Below are positions 39,536-48,583 of a stretch of 64,000 nucleotides of DNA, piece after piece. Origin of the DNA: Syntrophorhabdaceae bacterium (GTDB lineage: Bacteria > Desulfobacterota > Syntrophorhabdia > Syntrophorhabdales > Syntrophorhabdaceae); the NCBI GenBank assembly GCA_963665295.1, contig OY762209.1, positions 3,360,001-3,424,000 on the forward strand, in the 5' to 3' direction. The position numbers were made by a program, and so were the translations under genes. How positions within the stretch are numbered: the first letter of the stretch is position 1; each line of letters starts with the position of its first letter. Under the pieces are notes generated by a model. That model searched no databases and was not told the DNA's origin. It saw nothing but the letters and a program-made list of their open reading frames with translations.

Positions 39536-40561
39536 ATGGAACAGTGGATATTCTGGTTCGACGAACTCGATAAAGCACACAATGACATTGTAGGAAAGAA
39601 GTGCGCCCACCTCGGCGAACTTATCAGGTTGGGTCTCAATGTTCCGTGGGGCTTCGCAATTTCGGTGAAGGGGTTCGAAGAATTCATGAGGACCACCGGA
39701 GCCGATGAGGAACTGAAAGATGGTATGGCTTCAGCCCGGGACGAAGGGAAAAAGGTCGAAGCCTGTCACAGGGCGAGCCGCATCGCCAGGAACATCATAG
39801 AGTCAAAGCAGATGCCGGAAGCGATGGACAATGAAATTCGCGCACATTACCGGGAACTCTGCTGTCGGTCCGGGAGGCAGAATATGGCGGTTGCAGTCCG
39901 TTCAAGCGGGTCCAGGAGCATGCCGGGCCAAATGGAAACATATCTTAATGTCGAGGGCGAAAATGCAGTCCTCACCCATATCAAGAAAGTGTGGGGCAGT
40001 TCATATAGTCCCGCGGCAATAGCCTTCAGGGCAGGGCATGATTTGCCGCTGGAATGGGCTCCCATCGGCGTGGCGATAATGACCCTCGTCGATGCGAAGG
40101 CCGCCGGGGTCGCCCTTACGGTTGAACCTACCACGGGTGATGCCACAAAGGTAGTCATAGAGGGCAACTGGGGCCTTGGAGAGAGCGTGGTAGGCGGGGT
40201 TATCACACCGGATTCTTTTACCGTCGACAAAGAGAGCATGGAGATTATCGAGAGAAGGATTACCCGCAAAACAAGCATGGTGGTTCGTGGCCCATGGGGA
40301 ACCCGCTATAAGGATACCCCTCATGATCTTCAGGAACGGCCCTGTATCAATGATGAAGAGATAAGGGAGATTGTGAGGGTAGCCATCCAGGTCGAACAGC
40401 ACTTCGGGGTGGCTCAGGACATGGAATGGGTGGTGGACGGACTTCTTCCTCCGGGCGAGGATGTCTTTTGGCTCCAGGCGCGCCCCGCCGGTTATGCGAA
40501 GATGGACAAAGCAGATGAAATGGATTACCTCATCGATCTCATGGTGAGGCTTTTCAAGTGA
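39536..40561 (+). CDS. PEP/pyruvate-binding ATP-grasp subunit (phenylphosphate synthase subunit B / CreI-like)
   Basis: VGKKCAHLGEL, VAVRSS, SMPGQMETYLNV, WGLGESVVGG, QDMEW, LQARP; no His domain. Confidence 0.85.
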   Translation: MEQWIFWFDELDKAHNDIVGKKCAHLGELIRLGLNVPWGFAISVKGFEEFMRTTGADEELKDGMASARDEGKKVEACHRASRIARNIIESKQMPEAMDNEIRAHYRELCCRSGRQNMAVAVRSSGSRSMPGQMETYLNVEGENAVLTHIKKVWGSSYSPAAIAFRAGHDLPLEWAPIGVAIMTLVDAKAAGVALTVEPTTGDATKVVIEGNWGLGESVVGGVITPDSFTVDKESMEIIERRITRKTSMVVRGPWGTRYKDTPHDLQERPCINDEEIREIVRVAIQVEQHFGVAQDMEWVVDGLLPPGEDVFWLQARPAGYAKMDKADEMDYLIDLMVRLFK

Positions 40562-40599
40562 TGGGTTGTTACGCATAAGAAAAAGGGGGTACTTAAAAC

Positions 40600-43266
40600 A
40601 TGGAGGAGATCAATTTCAGCATTAATGGCCTGCCCATAAAGGTTATTTCCGACCCGAAGAAGACTTTGCTCAAAGTACTTCGGGAAGACCTCCACCTGAC
40701 TGGAACCAAGGAAGGGTGCTCCGCAGGCCACTGCGGCACTTGTGCCGTACTCGTGGACGGAGAAATTGTCATGTCGTGCCACTATCCGCTGGAAAAGGCA
40801 CGGAACAAGAAGGTGGTAACCATTGAGGGCATAGGGACACTGGAGAAACCTCATCCTATTCAGATAGCATTTGCGGTAAACGGCGCGGTCCAGTGCGGGT
40901 TCTGCACGCCGGGCATGATCATCCGGGCTAAATGGCTTCTCGACAAGAATCCTAAGCCCTCACGGGAGGAGATAACGTCGGCGATCCAGCCCCATCTCTG
41001 CCGGTGCACAGGTTATGTCAGGATTGTTGACGCCATAGAGACGGCCGGCGCGTTCCTCCGGAATGAGATCAGATCCATGGAGCCGGATAAAGGCAAAGGT
41101 ATACTCGGCGAGCGGGTTCCGCGGCGCGATGCCCTGGAAAAGGCAACAGGCGCGACGCTCTTTGTCGATGATATCCCTATTAGCGGTGTGGCCCATATCA
41201 AGGTGGTAAGAAGTCCCCACCATCACGCAAGGATTGTGAATATAGATACGCAGCAGGCCCAATCGGTGCCGGGCGTGCTTGCCGTACTCACATCAGAGGA
41301 CGTAAAGGGGACCAACATCCTCAAGATGGCAGGTGACGATCAACCCATCCTCTGCGGTTTAAAGGTTCGGATGGTCGGCGACCCCGTGGCAGCGGTAGTT
41401 GCCGTCACGGAAAACGCGGCACGCGAAGCCCGGGAAAAGGTTAAAGTGACATACGAAGAACTGCCTGCGGTAGCCACCCATGAAGATGCGCTCAAGGAGG
41501 GCGCGCCCCAAGTCCACGACGGCAAGGCCAATCTCTTCTTTGATCAGCCTATCGTCTATGGCGATGTGGAAAAGGGCTTCGAAGACGCGGACGTAACGGT
41601 AGAGGGCGACTTTTCGACCCAGGTTATAGAGCATGGCTATCTGGAGACCGATTCCGGCGTTGCCTACATCCATGAGAACGGACAGCTCGTGGTCATGACA
41701 CCCAGCCAGAACATCTATGCCCACAGGAATGCAATAGCCGGCGCCGTCGGGCTGCCGCCGGAAAAGGTTCGCATGATCCAGACGGTGACGGGCGGCGCCT
41801 TTGGCGGCAAACTGGACGTTTCGGTCGGAGGAATTCTCGCGGCGGCCGCACTGGCCCTCCGGCGGCCCGTAAAGCTGGTATACACGAGGGAAGAGGTGTT
41901 TGCGGCCACCACAAAGCGCCACGCCTTCCATATGAAGGCCAGGATCGGCGCAAGGAGGGACGGCACGCTTACCGCTTTTCAAATGGACCTCATCGCGGAC
42001 GGAGGCGCCTATAAATCGTTTTCGGGGAGCGTGGTAACGCGAGGCATCGTCCACTCGAGCGGTCCCTACAGGTATGAGAGCGCCAAGGTGCGTGGGAGGG
42101 CGGTCTACACAAATTCGGCCATAAAGGGCGCTATGAGAGGTTTCGGGGTCCCCCAGACGATCTTTGTGACAGACTCCATTCTTGACGAAATTGCGGAGAA
42201 GATTGGAATGGACCCCTTTGAACTGAGGCTGAAGAACGCCTATGTCCCGGGTGACACGACCATCTGCGCACAGGGTCTTGACCATGGCTTTGGCTTCAGG
42301 GAATGCTTCGAGGGGCTGCGTCCCCACTATGAAAGGGCGGTAAAAGAGGCCAAGACCGCGTCTACGGACGCCGTAAGGAGAGGGGTGGGCCTGGGCACTG
42401 TCTTTTTCGGACCGGGAAGAAGCTCCCCGGACCAGTCTGAGGCGTGGGCGGAACTCCTGCCCGACGACAGGCTCCAGGTCTGGATCGGTTCGGCCGACAT
42501 GGGGCAAGGCTCCGATACCATGTTCTGGCAAATAGCGGCAGAGGCCTTCAATTACCCTCTCGAAAAGGTGGTTGTCTGCACCACGGACACGAACCACGTG
42601 CCTGACGGGAACTTTTCTGCCGGGAGCCGCCAGACTTACGTTTCCGGAAAGGCCGTCCAAAAGGTGGTGGAGCAGTTGAAAAACACCATGGAAGAGAATG
42701 GGTGCAAGACGTACTCGGATATGAAGGAAAAGGGCATCTCCCCCATAAGCAAACTGGTGCATCATACTGCAACTACAAAACTGGACCCTGTGGATGGACA
42801 CGGTACGCCATGGGAAACCTACTCCTTTGGAATCCAGTTGGCCGAGGTGGCGGTAGACGTGAAGACGGGCCGCATAGACGTATTGAAAATAACCGCCGCC
42901 CACGACTTGGGAAGGATTATCAACAGGATCAACTGTGACGGTCAGATGTTTGGCGGGATAGCGATGGGAATGGGCTATGCCCTCTCGGAAGAGTACCGGT
43001 ACAATGAAACGAAGAGCTTCGCCGGATTCAGAATGCCGAGGGCTAAAGACATTCCCGACATGGAAATAGTCTACATCGAAGTGCCCCGGGAGAACGGGCC
43101 CTTCGGCGCCTCCGGGGCGGGCGAGTTTGCAGACGTCCCCACGGCACCCGCCATTGCCAACGCGGTGTATAATGCGTGCGGCGTGCGCGTGCGCCATCTC
43201 CCCATTACCAAGGAGAAGGTTAAGGCCGCCCTCGCCGCAAAACCGGTTGGGAGACCGGGAGAGTAG
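40600..43266 (+). CDS. Mop-type molybdopterin aldehyde oxidoreductase (2x[2Fe-2S] + Mo domain, no FAD domain)
   Basis: CSAGHCGTC..C, QCGFC..LCRCTG, GGAFGGK, AMRGFG, DMGQG, GSRQT, GAGE. Confidence 0.88.
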   Translation: MEEINFSINGLPIKVISDPKKTLLKVLREDLHLTGTKEGCSAGHCGTCAVLVDGEIVMSCHYPLEKARNKKVVTIEGIGTLEKPHPIQIAFAVNGAVQCGFCTPGMIIRAKWLLDKNPKPSREEITSAIQPHLCRCTGYVRIVDAIETAGAFLRNEIRSMEPDKGKGILGERVPRRDALEKATGATLFVDDIPISGVAHIKVVRSPHHHARIVNIDTQQAQSVPGVLAVLTSEDVKGTNILKMAGDDQPILCGLKVRMVGDPVAAVVAVTENAAREAREKVKVTYEELPAVATHEDALKEGAPQVHDGKANLFFDQPIVYGDVEKGFEDADVTVEGDFSTQVIEHGYLETDSGVAYIHENGQLVVMTPSQNIYAHRNAIAGAVGLPPEKVRMIQTVTGGAFGGKLDVSVGGILAAAALALRRPVKLVYTREEVFAATTKRHAFHMKARIGARRDGTLTAFQMDLIADGGAYKSFSGSVVTRGIVHSSGPYRYESAKVRGRAVYTNSAIKGAMRGFGVPQTIFVTDSILDEIAEKIGMDPFELRLKNAYVPGDTTICAQGLDHGFGFRECFEGLRPHYERAVKEAKTASTDAVRRGVGLGTVFFGPGRSSPDQSEAWAELLPDDRLQVWIGSADMGQGSDTMFWQIAAEAFNYPLEKVVVCTTDTNHVPDGNFSAGSRQTYVSGKAVQKVVEQLKNTMEENGCKTYSDMKEKGISPISKLVHHTATTKLDPVDGHGTPWETYSFGIQLAEVAVDVKTGRIDVLKITAAHDLGRIINRINCDGQMFGGIAMGMGYALSEEYRYNETKSFAGFRMPRAKDIPDMEIVYIEVPRENGPFGASGAGEFADVPTAPAIANAVYNACGVRVRHLPITKEKVKAALAAKPVGRPGE

Positions 43267-43383
43267 AATCCGTCATGGGACCGGCGCCCCTTGTGGTCTA
43301 TTATGAGGGGCGCCCGCCTTCGTCTGTTCCGATCCTTTCTCGTCGCCTTTTTTAGCTGCCACAGCCCTTCGGAACGGGCCTGA

Positions 43384-44496
43384 TCACGGCGGAGCTTCCC
43401 GCCAGAGCACCATGGCATCGTTGCCGGCTGTAGGGTAATCAAAGGCGCTTTGCCCGGCGGTGGCGTCCCAGGTGATCCTGGAGCCCTTTGGACCGTACAT
43501 ATTGATGGATTTCGCCGCTACCGCCCCCACGATCTCCGCGGTCGCGTTGAGGCTGACGGAAGCGTCGGGCGCATAGATGGCCCCCCTGAAATTGGAGGCA
43601 TCGTTAAGCTGAGCATTCCCTCCTGGTGTTACTATGACGAGGAGATTTGATGCGCTTGGCGCGCTCCAGTTGAAGTTGGATGATTTGTTCATCTCGAAAT
43701 TATTTGTGTAGATTGTAACATTGCCATTCGCGGTTATATTTACGGTACTGCTTTTGTTCAGGTGAAAGGAGGAACAATAATACTTCCCCGGCTGTAAAGT
43801 GGAGGTGCTCCCATTATATTCGCATCCGCTCGAGGGCGCGGAAAGGCCGCCGGGCGTAGCCACGGGCGCCAATGCGGAACTGCCGGTCATTACGCACGGA
43901 CTGCAGGGCGCGCCTGCGTCGACCGACACGGCGCAGGTTTGTGCGGTTCTGGCCGGCGGTGAAGGACACAGGATCTTTGCGCCGCCATAAAGACTGATGG
44001 TGTTGCCCTCGCTGGTAGCCGCGTGTTCACTCAGAGGGCTGCCCGGACATGTAACCATTTGGTCGATAACCCTCGTTGCCCCGGCAATCCTGCCTGTAGA
44101 GCGTATACATCGCTGGTTGGCCGATAGCGTTTCGGAGCCTGACGGGCAGGGGAAACATGGCGGTCCGCACTTTGAGAGATGTACGTCGAACTTGCCTGAG
44201 TCTTTCGCCCACTTCCGTTCGGAGCTAAGGAAGAAGTCGAGGGAGCAGTCGTCTTCACCTGAATATCCCGGTGGGTCACTTTTGCAGGTATCCTTGTATC
44301 TTTTTATGCCCCTCTCAAGGCCGCCTTCGGCGATAAACTGCGCTCGCATGGAAGCAAGATGCACGGTGGTATTTGCCCGTTTGTTAGTGAAGAGGCTGGT
44401 CGTAAGCAACCCGAGAAAACTTATTATGGTAACGATTACTATCGCGGCGATGAGAGATATCCCCGCATTATTCTCTATACAATTTACTCTGCGCAT
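43384..44496 (-). CDS. PilX/MshP-like minor pilin-associated protein
   Basis: G-ISLIAAIVIV N-terminus, RAQFIAEGGLE, C-terminal GAIYAP..GAVAA..WRE. Confidence 0.7.
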   Translation of the reverse strand: MRRVNCIENNAGISLIAAIVIVTIISFLGLLTTSLFTNKRANTTVHLASMRAQFIAEGGLERGIKRYKDTCKSDPPGYSGEDDCSLDFFLSSERKWAKDSGKFDVHLSKCGPPCFPCPSGSETLSANQRCIRSTGRIAGATRVIDQMVTCPGSPLSEHAATSEGNTISLYGGAKILCPSPPARTAQTCAVSVDAGAPCSPCVMTGSSALAPVATPGGLSAPSSGCEYNGSTSTLQPGKYYCSSFHLNKSSTVNITANGNVTIYTNNFEMNKSSNFNWSAPSASNLLVIVTPGGNAQLNDASNFRGAIYAPDASVSLNATAEIVGAVAAKSINMYGPKGSRITWDATAGQSAFDYPTAGNDAMVLWREAPP

Positions 44497-44919
44497 CAGC
44501 GGTTATCAGGACCGTTTCTTAGAAACACGGTGGTCTGCAGCAATACGTCGGTCGGTTTGTCCTGTTGAGCCTGCTTGACCGGCACCTCCAGGCGAATCTG
44601 CACGAGCCATATCTGCCTGGCCTTTGTGAGCGACGACGGTACCGTCAAAACCATTGGAGGTATCCGAGATATCGACCGTCCGTATTTCCCTTACCATTCG
44701 GGCCATGGCAAGTTCTGCCTGGGTATTCGCGTCCGTTATCTGCTGCAGCGAAAAGAAGGCGTTGAACCCCGAGACAAAAATAGGTCTCACCACCAGGGAG
44801 ATAACGCCCACCAGAATAATGACAGTGATAAGCTCTATGAGGGAAAACCCTTTTTGAGAACCATAAAACCCTTTCATCCCCTTCGCAGGCCGTCCTCCCG
44901 ATCTAAGAAAGCGAAACAC
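44496..44919 (-). pseudogene. PilW/MshO-like prepilin, frameshifted or internally deleted
   Basis: GFSLIELITV N-methylation site; family-like C-terminus IWLVQIRLEV...LQTTVFLRN lies in another frame ending TGA that overlaps the next ATG. Confidence 0.65.
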
Positions 44920-44927
44920 TTCACTGT

Positions 44928-45416
44928 TCAGTTCGCCACAAGGAGCACTCCGTCGGCCACATGAGTTCCGTTGTGTGACACCTGGACGCTAATTCGTTTG
45001 TAGTTGACATCCGCATCCCACGGCCATGCATCTACTTTCGTGGTCCTCGTATAGCCATTTCCAAGAGGCTCGTCCGGATAACGGGATGTATTGATGTCGG
45101 TGAAAGCCATACCATGACTCCTTTTCTCTGCATAAATTCTTTCCAGTTTCTCCTGAACATACTGTGTGCCGACTGCAATTTCAAAGGGCTGGGGGGTGTT
45201 GTTTGACACGACACAATTGGTGACAATGGCAAAAAGGCCGATAACCGCAACCGAAATGATAACGATTGAGCAAATGGTCTCAATAAGCGTGAATCCGCGC
45301 TCTTTTGATCCCGCCAATCGAAGCGAGATGGCGTTCCTGTCGGCCGTAGCAATAGCAGTCGGGTTTCTTAATGACATGATCCTATTAAGCCTATCCCCTC
45401 CGGAAGAAATGATCAA
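44928..45416 (-). CDS. PilV/MshD-like prepilin
   Basis: RGFTLIETICSIVII, QEKLE, YTRTTKV, KRISVQV; exact start uncertain. Confidence 0.75.
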   Translation of the reverse strand: MIISSGGDRLNRIMSLRNPTAIATADRNAISLRLAGSKERGFTLIETICSIVIISVAVIGLFAIVTNCVVSNNTPQPFEIAVGTQYVQEKLERIYAEKRSHGMAFTDINTSRYPDEPLGNGYTRTTKVDAWPWDADVNYKRISVQVSHNGTHVADGVLLVAN

Positions 45417-45917
45417 GAAAATTATTACCTAATAAATAAGTATGGATATAAATCATCTAAATGCGACAAAATTGAACATTTTCTCACGGGCAGGAATCAT
45501 TTGGTTTATCCGTTCCTTGCGTGCCGCGCAGACACTTGATATCAAGAATGGACCGGATTGAAGCAGCCTTATGATATGTGCAGTTTTGAAACGGGCCCTT
45601 GCCGGTGAAAAATACGATCTCCGCGGGAGCACGTTGTCCGCAGGATTGTATGTACTTACCTTACTATTGAAGCGTGTGAAGTCCTGAAGAGGAAGGGAAG
45701 GCCGGCTTGCGGCGCTCCCTGAAGGATGCAGGTGGTCCTCATATGCCTGTTGGTTGACGGATCTTGAACATATGTAATACGGAAGGTTATCAGCACCGGG
45801 GACGGGCCGTGCATTTCGATTGACATCGCGGGCCGGTCCGGTTCAGGAGATATTATGGAGCTGCCGGATACTCCGGTGAGACGAAGTTATGCCGGATTCA
45901 GATAAAGGAGGGGCAAT

Positions 45918-46859
45918 ATGACCAGTATTGAGAAGATCGGTGATTTCCAGAAGGAGTTTGTCGAGGCGGTGCGTGCCAGGGCGGACGGCATTTTTGCACA
46001 CTGGGACCTTGACAAGGAGAGGGATTCAGGGAAGCAGTACCCGAGGTATCTCTCGGCGAACCTCGCTCCCCTCATCGAGGCCATCGAACCATTGAACATG
46101 GCGAATAATGTGTTCAGAAACATTCTGGCCGAATTCAACAGCGACGTGAAGAAGCTTCTGGTAAGCAGGAGCCCCGCCGAATTCATGCGGAATATCGGTC
46201 AGTTATGGCAGGTTGATGCGCTAGAGGGCATCCCGGGTGTCATTGAGGGACTAGTGAAGACCAATCTCGACCTCGCCTTGTCCTTCGGCATCTCATTCCC
46301 GCATTTGTCGGGTGCGAACACCTCCCTCTATGGGGAGGCCCTTCTGGAGTACCTCTTTAGCGACCATGGGTACCGGACGGTTTCCGGCAGGTGCATTCAG
46401 GCCCCAAAGCTTTTCAGCGCCCTTGAATGGGATGCGTCTGCGTCGTCCAACACCGGTGTTGGGGGAGTCAACGAAGAAATTGAAACGATCAAGAGCATGC
46501 TGAAGGACCTTGAAAGACAGGTGAGGACTACGCGGGGCGAGATGACTGCGGAACGCTACCTTCGGGATATCGCCAGGGTATGTGTAGAGGTAACGGGCGA
46601 CCGGATGTATGATCTCGAGGGGCGCTATGAAAGGTTGAAAAAGAAGCACGCCGGAAATCACGAGGCAAAACTTGTCAGTTGGTTCGACTCCTTCGGCAAT
46701 CTCGCCGAGGCCACTATTTTGCCTGCCGTGGAAACCGCATTGTCCGGCATCGGGACCATTCAACTGAACCCCAAGATAGTGACGGCCCTCGCTACGTTCT
46801 GTTCGGTTACGGTGAGAAAGGCAACGGAACACGCATACCTGCAGGTGATCGGCTTTTAG
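45918..46859 (+). CDS. Hypothetical protein
   Basis: 313-aa ORF with AAGGAGG RBS; no recognised motif. Confidence 0.7.
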   Translation: MTSIEKIGDFQKEFVEAVRARADGIFAHWDLDKERDSGKQYPRYLSANLAPLIEAIEPLNMANNVFRNILAEFNSDVKKLLVSRSPAEFMRNIGQLWQVDALEGIPGVIEGLVKTNLDLALSFGISFPHLSGANTSLYGEALLEYLFSDHGYRTVSGRCIQAPKLFSALEWDASASSNTGVGGVNEEIETIKSMLKDLERQVRTTRGEMTAERYLRDIARVCVEVTGDRMYDLEGRYERLKKKHAGNHEAKLVSWFDSFGNLAEATILPAVETALSGIGTIQLNPKIVTALATFCSVTVRKATEHAYLQVIGF

Positions 46860-46933
46860 CTGCCGGATCGAGGCGCCGTGCGGGAGATGATGGGTCCCCA
46901 CTTCCCCTCTTCATGGACTGCGTGGCCGTCAGG

Positions 46934-48583
46934 TCAATAATTCGTGATCAAATATCTTTCGCTCCCGAATCCGATCACCTTTATTCTATCCCCCAGCAAC
47001 CCCTGAAGGACTTTGAGCCTCTTCTTGCCCAGGACGACGACGACGCGGGTGTCCGAAGAAAAGAGCTTCGTGAATTCGGCCTGGGTCATAAAGGAGTCCC
47101 TTGCATCTTCATATTTGGACCCCATTTCGAGTTCACCCGTGTAGGCAGCGATCACCACGCGTTTTTTTGTGTAGAAGGGCAGTGTCTCGTCATAACCGCC
47201 ATAGTTTACGACATATTCCGGAGAGGGGCTTCTGTCGTTGATGATGGCGGCGAGTCTTTTTGTGGTATTGAGTTTGTCTATCGTGTCGCTGTTACACATA
47301 ATCATCACCACGAGAACGCCGGAAAAGACCGTCAAACAAGGAAAGAGCAGGGAAAACCTGCTGATCCGCTTCAGGATGAGGGCGGCGAGGAGAAGGAACG
47401 ACATCACGGAGAGCCCTATGGAGAAACCTTTCATGTCGCCCATGATCTGTTGCGCCTCGGCGGAAACGGTTCGTATGTAAGAGGTAAAGGCGGCGCTTCC
47501 GTAGAGAAACACGGATAAGGCGAGGACGGCAAAAATAGTTATATACGAGGCCATCTCGGGCTTGCCGCCCCTTTCTTTCCATCTGTCATGGAACAGGGAC
47601 CCGATAATGAGCGCCATGGGTGGGAACACAGGGAGAATATAAGGGGGAAGCTTGGACTTCGATATGCTGAAGAAGACGAAGACCACGATCGTCCATATAA
47701 AGAAAAGCCTCAACTCCTTCCTGTTCCAAAGCTGTATGAAGCATCTGGGGATGAAGATGGACCACGGGAGCATTCCTCCGAAAAGGACGGGGAAGAAATA
47801 GAAGAGCGACCCCGTTCTCTTGTGCTTCGACGTGAGGAACCGGAGAAAATTCTGGTCGACGACGAAGAAGTAGAGAAATTCCTTTTCTCTCATGGATATG
47901 GCGATGATCCAGGGAAGGATGACCGCCAGATAGACGGCGAGCCCCCTAATCCACTTCAACTCCTTCAGAAAACCTATGTTTCTTTCCGTGAGGAGAAAGA
48001 TGAAAACAGTGCCCCCTGAGAGTATTACGGCGGCAGGGCCCTTTGTGAGCGTAGCGAACCCCAGGGCTGCGTAAAAGAGGTATATGAAAAGCGGTTTGCC
48101 CTCGCGGTAATACCCGTAGAAGAACAGGAGCGAAAGGAAGAGCCAGAGGGTGAAGAACATGTCGGTGGTCACGATCCTTGCCATGATGAAAAATCCGAGG
48201 GAGGACATGAGTATTATGGAAGAAAGAAAGGCCGTTTCCCGGCCGAGCCATCGTCTCGCCCCAAAATACAGGGCGATTACACAGAGAAAAGCCGAGAAGG
48301 CGTTGGGGAACCTGAAGGACCATTCGTGTATGCCGAAGGCCTTGTACGAAAGGGCGACGGCCCAGTAAAAGAGGGGGGGTTTCTCGAAGTACCGGACATA
48401 GTCGAGGTGAGGCACCACATAGTCGTTCAGTTCCACCATTTCCCTGGGTATTTCGGCATACCTGCCCTCGTCGGGCTCTTTGAGGGAATAGGAATGTATT
48501 CCGTAAAAGAAGAAGACGAAGGCAAGGAGGACGAGTACGGTGATATGGAATATCTCAACGGCGTTTCCGTTCCTGATCTTCAT
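46934..48583 (-). CDS. ArnT-like (GT83/PMT-like) glycosyltransferase
   Basis: PDEGRYAEIPREM, EKPPLFYW, TKGP, SKSKLPPYILP. Confidence 0.85.
   Translation of the reverse strand: MKIRNGNAVEIFHITVLVLLAFVFFFYGIHSYSLKEPDEGRYAEIPREMVELNDYVVPHLDYVRYFEKPPLFYWAVALSYKAFGIHEWSFRFPNAFSAFLCVIALYFGARRWLGRETAFLSSIILMSSLGFFIMARIVTTDMFFTLWLFLSLLFFYGYYREGKPLFIYLFYAALGFATLTKGPAAVILSGGTVFIFLLTERNIGFLKELKWIRGLAVYLAVILPWIIAISMREKEFLYFFVVDQNFLRFLTSKHKRTGSLFYFFPVLFGGMLPWSIFIPRCFIQLWNRKELRLFFIWTIVVFVFFSISKSKLPPYILPVFPPMALIIGSLFHDRWKERGGKPEMASYITIFAVLALSVFLYGSAAFTSYIRTVSAEAQQIMGDMKGFSIGLSVMSFLLLAALILKRISRFSLLFPCLTVFSGVLVVMIMCNSDTIDKLNTTKRLAAIINDRSPSPEYVVNYGGYDETLPFYTKKRVVIAAYTGELEMGSKYEDARDSFMTQAEFTKLFSSDTRVVVVLGKKRLKVLQGLLGDRIKVIGFGSERYLITNY

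Noticed and set aside
32425..40561. Canonical PEP synthase or complete phenol-carboxylation (pps/ppc) cluster
   Set aside because: Domains are split, no pyruvate-binding TIM-barrel, and no UbiD-family carboxylase or PpsC-like gene in the window
41359..43197. 612-aa minus-strand ORF (similarly 32839-34077 and 56217-57263)
   Set aside because: Antisense to well-supported genes; expected in GC-rich coding DNA
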